Below are positions 48,928-58,456 of a stretch of DNA of 64,000 nucleotides, piece after piece. Numbering within the stretch: the first letter of the stretch is position 1; each line of letters starts with the position of its first letter. The DNA lies in NCBI GenBank assembly GCA_965228855.1, contig CBDDIJ010000003.1, positions 1 through 64,000 on the forward strand, written 5' to 3'. The notes below the pieces were generated by a model, which worked only from the letters and a program-made list of their open reading frames with translations, made no database searches and was not told the origin of the DNA. A program made the translations under genes and the position numbers. Origin of the DNA: Candidatus Obscuribacterales bacterium (lineage in GTDB: Bacteria; Cyanobacteriota; Vampirovibrionia; Obscuribacterales; Obscuribacteraceae).

Positions 48928-50248
48928 GTTTCGCCACGAATTCGGAGCGCGACTGTTGAGACCCGAGTGTCTCGATTATCAACTTCATGGTTCTATCGAC
49001 CGCGCCTTGATTTTGATTTATCCAGTCCAATCCTTTCTTTCCAAGTATGCGTGCGGGTTCCTGGTCTCGATGAAACTCGCAGAGTTTTGCTGTGAGTTCT
49101 TGAGGGGTATGCACCATGACCAGGCACTCTAAATCCATCAATGCATTGGCGATGTCTCGGGTTTTATGAACGTGAGGTCCGCAGATGGTGGGAACCGAAT
49201 AGGCATAGGGCTCAAGGAGGTTGTGTCCGCCGACGTTTTTGATTGTGCCACCTACGAAACCAACAGTCGCAAGCGAATAATAACGTGCAAGTTGACCCAG
49301 ACCGTCGAGAATATACACGTCTTTATCGTCAACAAACTTCTCGTCTTTGCTGAATCGCTTTGGTTGAAAACCGCTTGCCGCGACGAGTTCCACAACCTTT
49401 TCGAATCGTTCCGGATGGCGCGGGGCGATAATCAATCTTGGACGCGGCAGACTCAAGCCGGCAGCGAAACTCTCCAGTAGTTGTTTGTGTGCCGCCAGCA
49501 ATGCGCTTTCTTCGCCGTCGTGCGTGGACCCAGCTACGATTACAAAATCTTTTTCGGAAACGTTTACTCGTTCTCTCAGGTGACCGACAATGGTATCACC
49601 CTCGGTGCGCAGTCCGTCCAATTTCATATTGCCGGTAACCACCACGGGTATGTTCTGTCCCGCAACGGCTCGATAGCGCTTAGCCTCGCTCTCCGACTGT
49701 GCGGCGATTTGGGTGTATTTGCGCAAGGCATTTCCGAAGAAAAATCTGAAACGGTTGTATGACTTGAATGACTTTGGTGACATTCTGCCGTTCGCCAATA
49801 ACGTTTTGATTCCGCGCTGGCGGCACTGGGTTAAGAAGCCCGGCCAGAGCTCAGTCTCTGCAATCACTACCATTTGCGGCTTAAGTGCATCAAGCCATTT
49901 GCCTGTGGCGAACGGGAGGTCGAACGGAAAGTAGAAGACGCGAGCGAATCGACCGACACGCTCTTGTGCCAGAGTCTGACCGGTGAGGGTCGTGGTGGAA
50001 ACTACAATTGGTAATTCCGGCATCTCTTCGTGAATTCTGTCGATAAGTGGTTTCACAGCATTGAACTCACCTACGGAAACCGCGTGAATCCAGATACCGA
50101 ATTTCAACTTATCGGCATCCAGGGCGATTGGGCTGGGAATGTTGCCGAACTTTTGAAATAGCCCGGCTCGTGCTTTTTTCTGCAGCAGCAAGAACGGTCC
50201 TGCGATGACGAGGACCAGGGCAAAAACAAGATAATAAACAACAATCAC
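48920..50248 (-). CDS. waaA: Kdo transferase
   Basis: WIHAVSVGE, ETELWP, GNMKLD, AGSTH, APRHPER, GGHNLLEP. Confidence 0.96.
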   Translation of the reverse strand: MIVVYYLVFALVLVIAGPFLLLQKKARAGLFQKFGNIPSPIALDADKLKFGIWIHAVSVGEFNAVKPLIDRIHEEMPELPIVVSTTTLTGQTLAQERVGRFARVFYFPFDLPFATGKWLDALKPQMVVIAETELWPGFLTQCRQRGIKTLLANGRMSPKSFKSYNRFRFFFGNALRKYTQIAAQSESEAKRYRAVAGQNIPVVVTGNMKLDGLRTEGDTIVGHLRERVNVSEKDFVIVAGSTHDGEESALLAAHKQLLESFAAGLSLPRPRLIIAPRHPERFEKVVELVAASGFQPKRFSKDEKFVDDKDVYILDGLGQLARYYSLATVGFVGGTIKNVGGHNLLEPYAYSVPTICGPHVHKTRDIANALMDLECLVMVHTPQELTAKLCEFHRDQEPARILGKKGLDWINQNQGAVDRTMKLIIETLGSQQSRSEFVAKHG

Positions 50249-50358
50249 TTCAATAATGTGCCTGAGCCGATCGGCAGAGAAAGAATCCGATGGATATCTC
50301 TCGCATGCGCTTTGTACAAGAGCGATATTTGTGCTCGGAAAGCGCGCAAGAAGCTATT

Positions 50359-52989
50359 CTATAGCAAGTCGAGCGCGTCCACGTCGACTGCAAGTGAAAG
50401 TTCTTTAGGAACTTTCTTATTCCGCAGAAATTGCAGTATCGCATCCATGACGGTTTCATCATCTTTTACCTTCATGAGCAAGTGGAATCGAAATCGATTT
50501 TTCACCTTTTCGATGACGCACGGTGATGGTCCCAGAATCTGCAAAGCGGGCTCGCTAGCCTTGTCTTCGAGAAAGACGCTAAGTTCTTCGGCCAGTTTTT
50601 CCAGACCGGATTCGACCTCTTGAGGGTCGGGCCCTTGAAGAACGACGCGGATGATTCGGCTAAATGGCGGGTAGGAGAAGGCCTCGCGCGCTTCCAGCTC
50701 CGTCTTGAAGAAGTTTGCAAAGTCATGGTGACGGGCGTATTTGAAAACTTTCAGTTCAGGATTATAAGTTTGTAAGATCACTTTTCCCGGCTTCAATCCG
50801 CGTCCGGCACGACCGGAAACCTGGCAAAGAAGCTGAAACCCGCGCTCCATCGAGCGATAGTCAGGCATGTTCAGCGAGGCGTCCGCAACAAGAACGCCTA
50901 CCAGCGTCACATTGGCGATGTCCAGCCCCTTCGCGACCATTTGCGTGCCTATGAGGACGTCGGCTTCGCCAGCGGCGAAATCCTCGAAAATTTCTCGATA
51001 GGCTCCTTTTCTCTGCGTGACGTCACTGTCCAATCTCAAGGTTCGAGCGCCTGGAAATTTGTTGCGAACGGTCTCTTCCACTTGCTGAGTGCCTAATCCG
51101 TACTCCTTGATGAATGGACTTTCGCAAGATGGACATTTGACGATATTGTGTCTTTCGTAGCCGCAATGGTGGCACGAGAGATAGCCCTCGATCGACCCTT
51201 CCGGGCGAACTCGTCCAGCCATCATATGCGCTGTTCTGGCGTTCTTATGGTAAACCAGAGAGACGCTGCAGTTGTTACATCTGATCACGTAACCGCATGC
51301 TCTGCAAAACACGTGGCTGGCATAGCCGCGTCTGTTCATAAGCAAAATGACTTGCTCACCGACGTCCAGGCGATTCTCGATAGCCTGACTGAGCGCGGTC
51401 GAAAGAATCGATCTATTACCCAGGCTCAGCTGCTGGCGCATATCAATGATTTGCACTTCAGGCATGGCCTGGCTGTGGACGCGCTCCGGTAGTTCCAGAA
51501 TTCTGCCTGCCTGGCTTGCTCTGTGGTATGTGGCGACATCCGGCGTGGCGCTGCCGAAAAGCACAAGCGCTCCGGTTCTGCGCGCCTTTTCGATGGCTAC
51601 TTCCTTGGCGTTATAACGCGGGCTCGGTGTGCTTTGCTTGTAACTGCTGTCATGTTCTTCATCCAGAATAATCAGTCCAAGATCGGGTAAATGGGCGAGG
51701 ATTGCCGAACGTGCCCCGAGGAGAACGGAGACGTCGCCGCTTCGCAATCTTCGCCAGGTGTCGTAGCGCTCCCCTGGGCTGATTGCGCTGTGCCAGATCG
51801 AAACTTTGTCTCCAAAGCGGTCTTTCAAGCGTGATGCTAGCTGCGGAGTCAAGCTGATTTCCGGGACGAGCAAAAGAGCAGTTCGCTTCGCTTCAAGCGT
51901 CTCTTCGATGAGGCGAAGGTAAACCTCGGTTTTTCCCGAGCCTGTGACCCCGTGAAGCAACCAGGGTGGCTCCGGTTGATCGTTCGGTTTAACTTGACGG
52001 GACAGAGTCGTTTTCAATTGTTCTGACAGAGTGTTGACCACTTGTTCCTGAGCTCTGGTCAGGGATGGTTTTGGTGGCACCGTTCGTTTAGCAGACGTGT
52101 ATCCATCCATCGGATTTCTGAATACTTCGGTCTCCTGAAGCTGGATTACGCCTTCTGCTTCCAGTTTGTGAACGGTACTGTATGTGGTGCGGGCGCCTTT
52201 CAACAAATCGGAGAGATTCATCGTTCCGTTGTGCCGCTCCAGCAGCGCCGTTATCTCTTTTTGTCTTGCAGTTTTAGGCTCTTCAGCTCCGCGCACCACT
52301 GTTAAAACGGTCTTGGGACCTGTTTTGGCGCTCGTCTCTGCGACCACTTCAATCACGCCCTCGTGCTTGAGATACGTAAGCGCCTGAAAGAATTGGGCTT
52401 GACCCTTTCTTGCTACTCTGCCGAAACGCTGGCGTAGTGTAGTTACCGAAACACCTTTAGCGCTTGAGGCTCCAAGCACGTTTAAAACGGTCGCTGCGTT
52501 CGGATTTTTCTCAGCCAGCGCCGCTTTCATTTTCTCAACTTCATCCTGTTTCAGTTTGTCTTTGATGCGAGCCACTCGTTTTATTCTTGGCGCGAGGCTG
52601 GCTGGTATGGCAGCCTGGACCACATCACTTAAACGAGCGCAAGATTTAAAGGCCAGCCAGCCCAGAAAGTCGATGTAGTCTTTGTCAAAGAGCGGGTCAG
52701 GTTCCAGGACCTCAGCTATTTCTTTTATTTTGAAGTCGGCATCGCATTCGCCTTTTAATGAAACAACGTAGCCGCCTACCGTGTCTTGATGTCCAAAAGG
52801 GACGAGAACCTGCGCTCCGACAAAAACTTCGTCTAGCAAAAATTCCGGCACTTTATAAGTAAACAAACGATCTTTTAGATCGCGCGCTTGCAGGTCTACT
52901 ACGATTTCAGCGTACAGTGGCGAAAGCAACTTCCAATTCCACGGGGATACGGACGGACTCCTATCATCAAAGTATAGAGTGCTAATCAT
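50359..52989 (-). CDS. priA: Primosomal protein N' (start uncertain)
   Basis: GVTGSGKTEVY, DEEHDSSYKQ, SATP, Cys clusters, GTQMVAKG, QVSGRAGR. Confidence 0.95.
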   Translation of the reverse strand: MISTLYFDDRSPSVSPWNWKLLSPLYAEIVVDLQARDLKDRLFTYKVPEFLLDEVFVGAQVLVPFGHQDTVGGYVVSLKGECDADFKIKEIAEVLEPDPLFDKDYIDFLGWLAFKSCARLSDVVQAAIPASLAPRIKRVARIKDKLKQDEVEKMKAALAEKNPNAATVLNVLGASSAKGVSVTTLRQRFGRVARKGQAQFFQALTYLKHEGVIEVVAETSAKTGPKTVLTVVRGAEEPKTARQKEITALLERHNGTMNLSDLLKGARTTYSTVHKLEAEGVIQLQETEVFRNPMDGYTSAKRTVPPKPSLTRAQEQVVNTLSEQLKTTLSRQVKPNDQPEPPWLLHGVTGSGKTEVYLRLIEETLEAKRTALLLVPEISLTPQLASRLKDRFGDKVSIWHSAISPGERYDTWRRLRSGDVSVLLGARSAILAHLPDLGLIILDEEHDSSYKQSTPSPRYNAKEVAIEKARRTGALVLFGSATPDVATYHRASQAGRILELPERVHSQAMPEVQIIDMRQQLSLGNRSILSTALSQAIENRLDVGEQVILLMNRRGYASHVFCRACGYVIRCNNCSVSLVYHKNARTAHMMAGRVRPEGSIEGYLSCHHCGYERHNIVKCPSCESPFIKEYGLGTQQVEETVRNKFPGARTLRLDSDVTQRKGAYREIFEDFAAGEADVLIGTQMVAKGLDIANVTLVGVLVADASLNMPDYRSMERGFQLLCQVSGRAGRGLKPGKVILQTYNPELKVFKYARHHDFANFFKTELEAREAFSYPPFSRIIRVVLQGPDPQEVESGLEKLAEELSVFLEDKASEPALQILGPSPCVIEKVKNRFRFHLLMKVKDDETVMDAILQFLRNKKVPKELSLAVDVDALDLL

Positions 52990-53201
52990 CTGGTTGTCCT
53001 CTTTGTTGACGAGCTTAGGAAGCCGGCGTGCCATCCACACTCCAGCCCCCATATCTGGTAATACGTATATCCGCCTCAAAAAGTTCAATCAGCGAAAAAT
53101 CTACTTTGCCGAAAAAACAGCGTCTCCGGGCATTCGCGCTTGAGAACTCTCTTGCAGGTTTTTTCCTACGTGTCCAGATCTGTATATAGAGTAGGGTTTT
53201 G

Positions 53202-53660
53202 TCAAGGCTGCTTCAGTTCGCTGGCGAGTTCGCGTGCCAACCTGTCGCAGTTTGTCCACAAAGTGTCGAATACTTCGCGAAAAGCCGCTTCCGTTCCGTA
53301 ATAAGGGTCAGGAACCTCACCGTTCAAAACCACGCGCTTGATTTTATTATGCACCGCAGGTGGTGCAACGGAACGCACTGCACGTTCGTTAGCGCCGTCC
53401 ATAACGATGATGGCATCGTATTTTTCGAAATCTTCCTTACGCAACTGCCGTGCTCGATGCATTCTAATATCGATACCCTTGTCCAGGGCGACCTTTATAG
53501 AGCGTCTGTCCGCCTGGCTTCCGGTGTTCCAGTCCGATGTGCCGGCCGAATGTGCTGTTCCTTCCAGACCGTGCTTTTCAAACATATAAGTCATGATTCC
53601 GGCTGCCAATGGCGAGCGGCAGATGTTACCCAGGCAAACGAACAGAATCTTCGTGGACAT
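53202..53660 (-). CDS. Low-molecular-weight protein-tyrosine phosphatase
   Basis: FVCLGNICRS and VPDPYY. Confidence 0.93.
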   Translation of the reverse strand: MSTKILFVCLGNICRSPLAAGIMTYMFEKHGLEGTAHSAGTSDWNTGSQADRRSIKVALDKGIDIRMHRARQLRKEDFEKYDAIIVMDGANERAVRSVAPPAVHNKIKRVVLNGEVPDPYYGTEAAFREVFDTLWTNCDRLARELASELKQP

Positions 53661-54232
53661 CAGTAGTCCTGTTCGAGGATGACGTACAAAATTTTCTTAT
53701 CGCTATCAAGCACACCCAGGATGAAGTCTTTATCCGGGTTGTTCATCGGAAACCGAAAGAATGTGGTTGGCGCTTCTTTCTTGTCGGAAAAGATTCCCTT
53801 TTGAGAAGTTGTCTCGCAGACGTAATAGCCGTTTGGCATAGCGTCGAATCTTTTGAAATCGACTCGATGGAAGCGGTCGATCTCGTCAAGCTGCAAATAG
53901 AGCGTTTCTGCGATGGGAAGTTTGTTCCAGGCGGTTTCAACCAACTGGCGCTGCAAAAAGTCCTTGTATTGTGCGTCGGTAAATTGGAACTCCGCCTGCA
54001 CAAGCAGGCTTTCTCGCCCGAAGGTTCCGCCGTGCTCAGGATTGCTTTCTCGCTTTAAAAGCTTCGTGCCCTCCGGGATTCGGAAGTGACCGCGAATCCA
54101 GATCTCGTCTATGTTTGCCGAAGTAGTACAGGCGGACAAACAGAGCAAAACACTGATGGCACAAGGTAGTAAGCCTGATTGCCTCAACGGCGTCTTTAAC
54201 GCGTTATAAATTGCCGGGATATTGAATTTCAA
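53660..54232 (-). CDS. Hypothetical lipoprotein
   Basis: Hydrophobic stretch ending in an LSAC lipobox; TGATG coupling to the phosphatase gene. Confidence 0.65.
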   Translation of the reverse strand: MKFNIPAIYNALKTPLRQSGLLPCAISVLLCLSACTTSANIDEIWIRGHFRIPEGTKLLKRESNPEHGGTFGRESLLVQAEFQFTDAQYKDFLQRQLVETAWNKLPIAETLYLQLDEIDRFHRVDFKRFDAMPNGYYVCETTSQKGIFSDKKEAPTTFFRFPMNNPDKDFILGVLDSDKKILYVILEQDY

Positions 54233-54290
54233 GATGGTCGTCGGTTTCTAAGCTGGTTGCAAATAGTTAGTGGCGCTCACATCTATTATT

Positions 54291-54782
54291 CTAGCCAATA
54301 ACGTATTTTTGCCAGCCTGATTCTCCGACGGCCGTATGTTTCGAGATTTCAAAGTGCACGTGCGATATCGGGCGTCTGGGCACGATGCGAAGAAGCATTC
54401 CGGCTTCTTTGGGCGTCCGATCGCCCTTTTTCACATTACATTTCAGGCAAGCTGCTGCCACGTTGTCCCAGGAATCGATTCCGCCTCTGGAGCGCGGAAT
54501 GATGTGGTCGATCGTCAGATCCGGTCTTCTGACGCCGCAATACTGGCAAGTGTAGTTATCGCGGTGCAGAATGTTTCGTCTTGATAAGCTGATTTCCTTG
54601 TACGGAATTTTCACGTAATGCCTCAGCCGAATTACCGTCGGCAAGGGCGTATCCATGTAAATTACCTTTCCGTTGTGCTCGATCTGCTCGGCTTTACCCT
54701 TGAGAAGAAGAACAACTGCGCGCCGCCATGTACATATGTTAAGCGGCTCGTATGAAGCATTGAGTACCAAAACCTTCGACAA
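54291..54782 (-). CDS. HNH endonuclease (McrA-like)
   Basis: VLVLNASYEPL, RDNYTCQYCG, TIDHIIPRSRGG, CLKCNVKKG. Confidence 0.92.
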   Translation of the reverse strand: MSKVLVLNASYEPLNICTWRRAVVLLLKGKAEQIEHNGKVIYMDTPLPTVIRLRHYVKIPYKEISLSRRNILHRDNYTCQYCGVRRPDLTIDHIIPRSRGGIDSWDNVAAACLKCNVKKGDRTPKEAGMLLRIVPRRPISHVHFEISKHTAVGESGWQKYVIG

Positions 54783-54879
54783 AAGCTCACCTTAGAACAC
54801 TGATTAGCGAGGATTCACGTAGATTTATTATAACGATCAGTCGTTCACGTGTCCATAAAAACCGCTCCCAGGCGGCTTA

Positions 54880-55174
54880 TGCTAAAATGACGGGATTGTC
54901 TTCAAGGCGGAACGAGTTCGTCTCGTCCGCGGAGATGCTTGTCGATACTAAATCGGCTTACATCTATTGCTATTCGCATGTGCGAAATGGCTCTTGAGGA
55001 TATAATCTCTCAGATTAGGTCTGAGGGAAGAATGCTTTGCGTTCTTCTCCAGCGATCACCTTCTTAGTGTGATCTAATCTAATTTCTTATGTTTATCACT
55101 ACCCCGAACTACAACTAGAGTGGACTAAGGTCGAACCCAGAATGATTCAACTTAAAGAGGAAAAGAACCGAGCC
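54880..55174 (+). promoter_or_regulatory. rpsB promoter region and structured 5' leader
   Basis: TGcTAAAAT (54880-54888) and TATAAT (55001-55006); hairpins at 54907-54930, 55009-55025, 55027-55047 and 55054-55074. Confidence 0.5.
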
Positions 55175-55993
55175 TTGCCAGTAGCATCAATGAGACAATT
55201 GCTAGAAGCCGGCGTGCACTTCGGTCACCAAACCAGACGCTGGAATCCGAAGATGCGCAAGTACATCTATGGAGAGCGCAACGGCATTTACATCATCGAC
55301 TTGGAACAAACCAGTCGAGCGCTCGATAAAGCTTGTGATTTCATCCGCCAGGCTGCACAGCAAAGAAAGAATATCGTCTTCGTTGGCACCAAGAAACAAG
55401 CAGCAGACATCGTCGAGGAAGAAGCAAGACGTTGCAACTCGCACTACGTCAATCGTCGTTGGTTGGGCGGCATGCTCACCAATTTCGAAACCATCAGACT
55501 GCGTGTCAACAGATTGAAAGAGCTCGAAGAGATGCGCGAATCCGGTGATTTCTTCAGACGCGGTAAGAAAGAACAAGCTGTTCTCAATCGTGAACTCTAC
55601 AAACTCGAAAAATCTCTCGGTGGTATCAAGACCATGAGAGGACGTCCTGATGTTCTCTTCATCATCGATCAGAAGAGAGAACTGATTGCCGTCGCGGAAG
55701 CTGTTAAGAGCGGCATCTCGACAGTCGCAATTGTTGACACCAACTGCGATCCGGAAGGCATCTCCTACGTCATCCCTGGCAACGACGACTCAATTCGTTC
55801 GATCCGTCTCATCACGAGCCGCATCGCCGACTCGATCATCGAAGGTCAGCAAGCACGCTCCGGTGGCGCTGAAGAACCGCAAGAAGAGAAAGTGGAAAGA
55901 AAACACCACGCTCTCGAAACGCCGATCTCTGAAGAAGAGTTGGCTGATGCGCCTGACGCAGCCGGTGAAGAAACCGAAGGTGAAGGGAAATAG
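55175..55993 (+). CDS. rpsB: 30S ribosomal protein S2
   Basis: [37 protein letters not shown]; probable TTG start (MPVASMRQ). Confidence 0.98.
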   Translation: MPVASMRQLLEAGVHFGHQTRRWNPKMRKYIYGERNGIYIIDLEQTSRALDKACDFIRQAAQQRKNIVFVGTKKQAADIVEEEARRCNSHYVNRRWLGGMLTNFETIRLRVNRLKELEEMRESGDFFRRGKKEQAVLNRELYKLEKSLGGIKTMRGRPDVLFIIDQKRELIAVAEAVKSGISTVAIVDTNCDPEGISYVIPGNDDSIRSIRLITSRIADSIIEGQQARSGGAEEPQEEKVERKHHALETPISEEELADAPDAAGEETEGEGK

Positions 55994-56045
55994 CTAATCG
56001 GATGCCACAACGGCTTCCATAATGATTGAGGGAGATATGGTCAAA

Positions 56046-56939
56046 ATGGCTGAAATTACCGCTTCGATGGTGAAGGAACTGAGAGAAAAGTCCGGCGCCG
56101 CGATGATGGATTGCAAAAAAGCACTAGTTGAAACATCTGGCGATTTCGAAAAAGCATTCGAATGGCTTCGTCAAAAAGGCGCTGCCACCGCTAGCAAAAA
56201 GGCTTCCAGAGCGACTTCTGAAGGAGTTGTCGTTGGTCGCGTTTCTGCCGACGGCAAGAAAGCTTGCCTCGTCGAAATCAACTGCGAAACAGACTTCGTC
56301 GCTCGCAACGAAGAGTTCGTAGGCATCGCCAACAAGATTGCCGACGCTGCTCTCGCCGGCGGATCCAATTCCGCTGAAGATTTGCTCAAGGCTCAGGCTG
56401 ACGGCAAATCAGTTCAGGAGCTGGTTACCGAAGGGATCGCTAAAACCGGCGAAAACATGGTAATCAAACGCGTAGAAAGCTTCGAGCTCAAAACCCCTGG
56501 CGTCATCGGACTCTACGTCCACACGCTCGGCGGCAAGATGGGCGCGCTCGTCGAAATCGCTTCCGATAAGGAACTGAAAGCAGACGATGCACAAGCATTC
56601 GCACGCGAACTGGCAATGCACATCGTTTCTTCCAAACCTGAGTACCTCAGCAAGGAAGAGATTCCCCAAGAAATCATCGATAACGAAACCCGCATCGAGT
56701 CCGGTAAAGCTGACCTCGCTGGCAAAAAAGAAGAAATTCGCGAAAAGATCGTTAGCGGTCGTGTCGAGAAGAACCTTGCCGAGCGTTGTTTGACACTTCA
56801 ACCGTTCGTCAAAGATCCGGGTCAGACCGTTGATGCCGTTCTCAAAGCAAAAGGCAAAGAACTCGGCGGCGAGTTGAAGCCCAAACGCTTTGCGATCTTC
56901 ATCCTCGGCGCAAGCGATGACGCAGGCAACGAAGAATAG
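56046..56939 (+). CDS. tsf: Elongation factor Ts
   Basis: VKELREKSGAAMMDCKKAL, EINCETDFVA. Confidence 0.98.
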   Translation: MAEITASMVKELREKSGAAMMDCKKALVETSGDFEKAFEWLRQKGAATASKKASRATSEGVVVGRVSADGKKACLVEINCETDFVARNEEFVGIANKIADAALAGGSNSAEDLLKAQADGKSVQELVTEGIAKTGENMVIKRVESFELKTPGVIGLYVHTLGGKMGALVEIASDKELKADDAQAFARELAMHIVSSKPEYLSKEEIPQEIIDNETRIESGKADLAGKKEEIREKIVSGRVEKNLAERCLTLQPFVKDPGQTVDAVLKAKGKELGGELKPKRFAIFILGASDDAGNEE

Positions 56940-56966
56940 TTCTTTCTATTCTTAACAACCATGAAG

Positions 56967-56999
56967 AACCGGGTGCCGAAGGCGCCCGGTTTTTGCTTT
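56967..56999 (+). terminator. Intrinsic terminator after tsf
   Basis: AACCGGGTGCC-gaa-GGCGCCCGGTT followed by TTTGCTTT. Confidence 0.8.
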
Positions 57000-57133
57000 A
57001 TCCGTGGATTTTTGCATGGAAGCAAGTGCTGACAATCTATTAGAATGTCTGTCTGGAAGAGGGTAGCAAGAGGCGCTATGATCTCCTGCGGTACTGCACC
57101 CAGCTGGAGACGTGCACTCCAGGGTCATTCAAA

Positions 57134-57877
57134 ATGCAAGAAGCCGAAACACAGTACAAGCGTATTCTTTTAAAACTCAGTGGCGAAGCCTTACAAGGCG
57201 AGAAAGGTTTCGGCATTGATCTGAAGGTAATAAACGGAATTGCCGATGAGATAGCCAAAGCGCATAATCTCGGTGTGCAAATCGCCATCGTAATTGGTGG
57301 CGGAAATATATTCCGCGGCATACAGGGTGCCGCAAACGGCATGGATAAAGCTGCTGCGGACTACGTCGGCATGCTCGCCACAATCATGAACTGCTTGATC
57401 ATGGGCGAAGTGCTCACATCCAAAGGTATAGACACCAGGGTACAAACAGCTATCGCCATGCCGAGTGTTGCTGAACCGTTTATCCGGAAGCGTGCCATCA
57501 GACATCTGGATAAGGGTCGAGTGGTAGTCTTCGGGGGTGGTACCGGAAATCCACACGTCACGACAGACACTGCTGCCGCGCTTCGCGCCGCTGAAATTAA
57601 GGCAGATGTTATCTTGATGGCTAAAAATGGCGTGGATGGTGTTTTCAGCGATGACCCGAAGAAGAACCCGGATGCCAAGAAGATTGGCAGAATTGGATTT
57701 GATGATTTAATCAAGCAGGATTTGAAAGTGATGGATGCGTCAGCTGTTGATTTATGCAAACAGAACAGCATTCCAATCATTGTGTTTGATTTCAATCAAC
57801 CCGGCCGCATCGAAGAGATTGTTTGTGGAGGAAAAGTAGGTACCCTGGTTGGTTCGCGTCTTGGAGGACGAGCATGA
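57134..57877 (+). CDS. pyrH: Uridylate kinase
   Basis: RILLKLSGEAL, GGGNIFRG, GMLAT, GTGNP...TTDTAAALRA. Confidence 0.97.
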   Translation: MQEAETQYKRILLKLSGEALQGEKGFGIDLKVINGIADEIAKAHNLGVQIAIVIGGGNIFRGIQGAANGMDKAAADYVGMLATIMNCLIMGEVLTSKGIDTRVQTAIAMPSVAEPFIRKRAIRHLDKGRVVVFGGGTGNPHVTTDTAAALRAAEIKADVILMAKNGVDGVFSDDPKKNPDAKKIGRIGFDDLIKQDLKVMDASAVDLCKQNSIPIIVFDFNQPGRIEEIVCGGKVGTLVGSRLGGRA

Positions 57878-58440
57878 CAGTAGAAACAGCAGATGAAGTT
57901 CTATCCTCGGGTGAGGACAGAATGAAAAAGTCGATCGATTCTTTGAAATCAGACTTCAAATCGATCCGCACTGGTAGAGCCAACCCTCAACTTCTCGATA
58001 GAGTCGAAGTCGATTACTACGGCACACCGACTCCGCTCAAGGGGATGGCAAACATCTCCACACCTGATGGTCGCTCGCTGCTCATCCAGCCCTACGACAA
58101 GACTACGATCAAAGATATCGAAAAGGCGATTAACAAAGCTGAACTCGGTTTGACACCAAACAGCGACGGCAATGTAATTCGCATCACAATTCCGGCTCTT
58201 ACCGAAGACAGACGTAAGGACTTGAATAAGCAGGTGAAAAAAGTTGGTGAAGACGCCAAAGTTTCTGTTCGAAATGTTCGTCGCGATTGCGACCAAGACC
58301 TAAAGAAATTCAAGGATAAAGGGGTTTCTGAGGATGAGTTGAAACGAAAAGGTGACGCGCTTCAGAAAATGACAGACAAATACATTTCTGAGGTCGATAA
58401 GGCTATAAAGGATAAAGAAGCCGAAATCATGGAGATCTAA
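57874..58440 (+). CDS. frr: Ribosome recycling factor
   Basis: IRTGRANP, YYGTPTPL, LTEDRRKDL, RNVRRD; ATGA overlap with pyrH. Confidence 0.97.
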   Translation: MTVETADEVLSSGEDRMKKSIDSLKSDFKSIRTGRANPQLLDRVEVDYYGTPTPLKGMANISTPDGRSLLIQPYDKTTIKDIEKAINKAELGLTPNSDGNVIRITIPALTEDRRKDLNKQVKKVGEDAKVSVRNVRRDCDQDLKKFKDKGVSEDELKRKGDALQKMTDKYISEVDKAIKDKEAEIMEI

Positions 58441-58456
58441 CGGAGGTCTGTTTCGC

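Noticed and set aside
54291..54782. HNH gene as a mobile homing endonuclease or Cas-like effector
   Set aside because: Matches the widespread stand-alone short HNH type; no intron, repeat array or RuvC motifs nearby.
58441..58456. glmS ribozyme upstream of glmS
   Set aside because: Only 16 nt separate frr and glmS.
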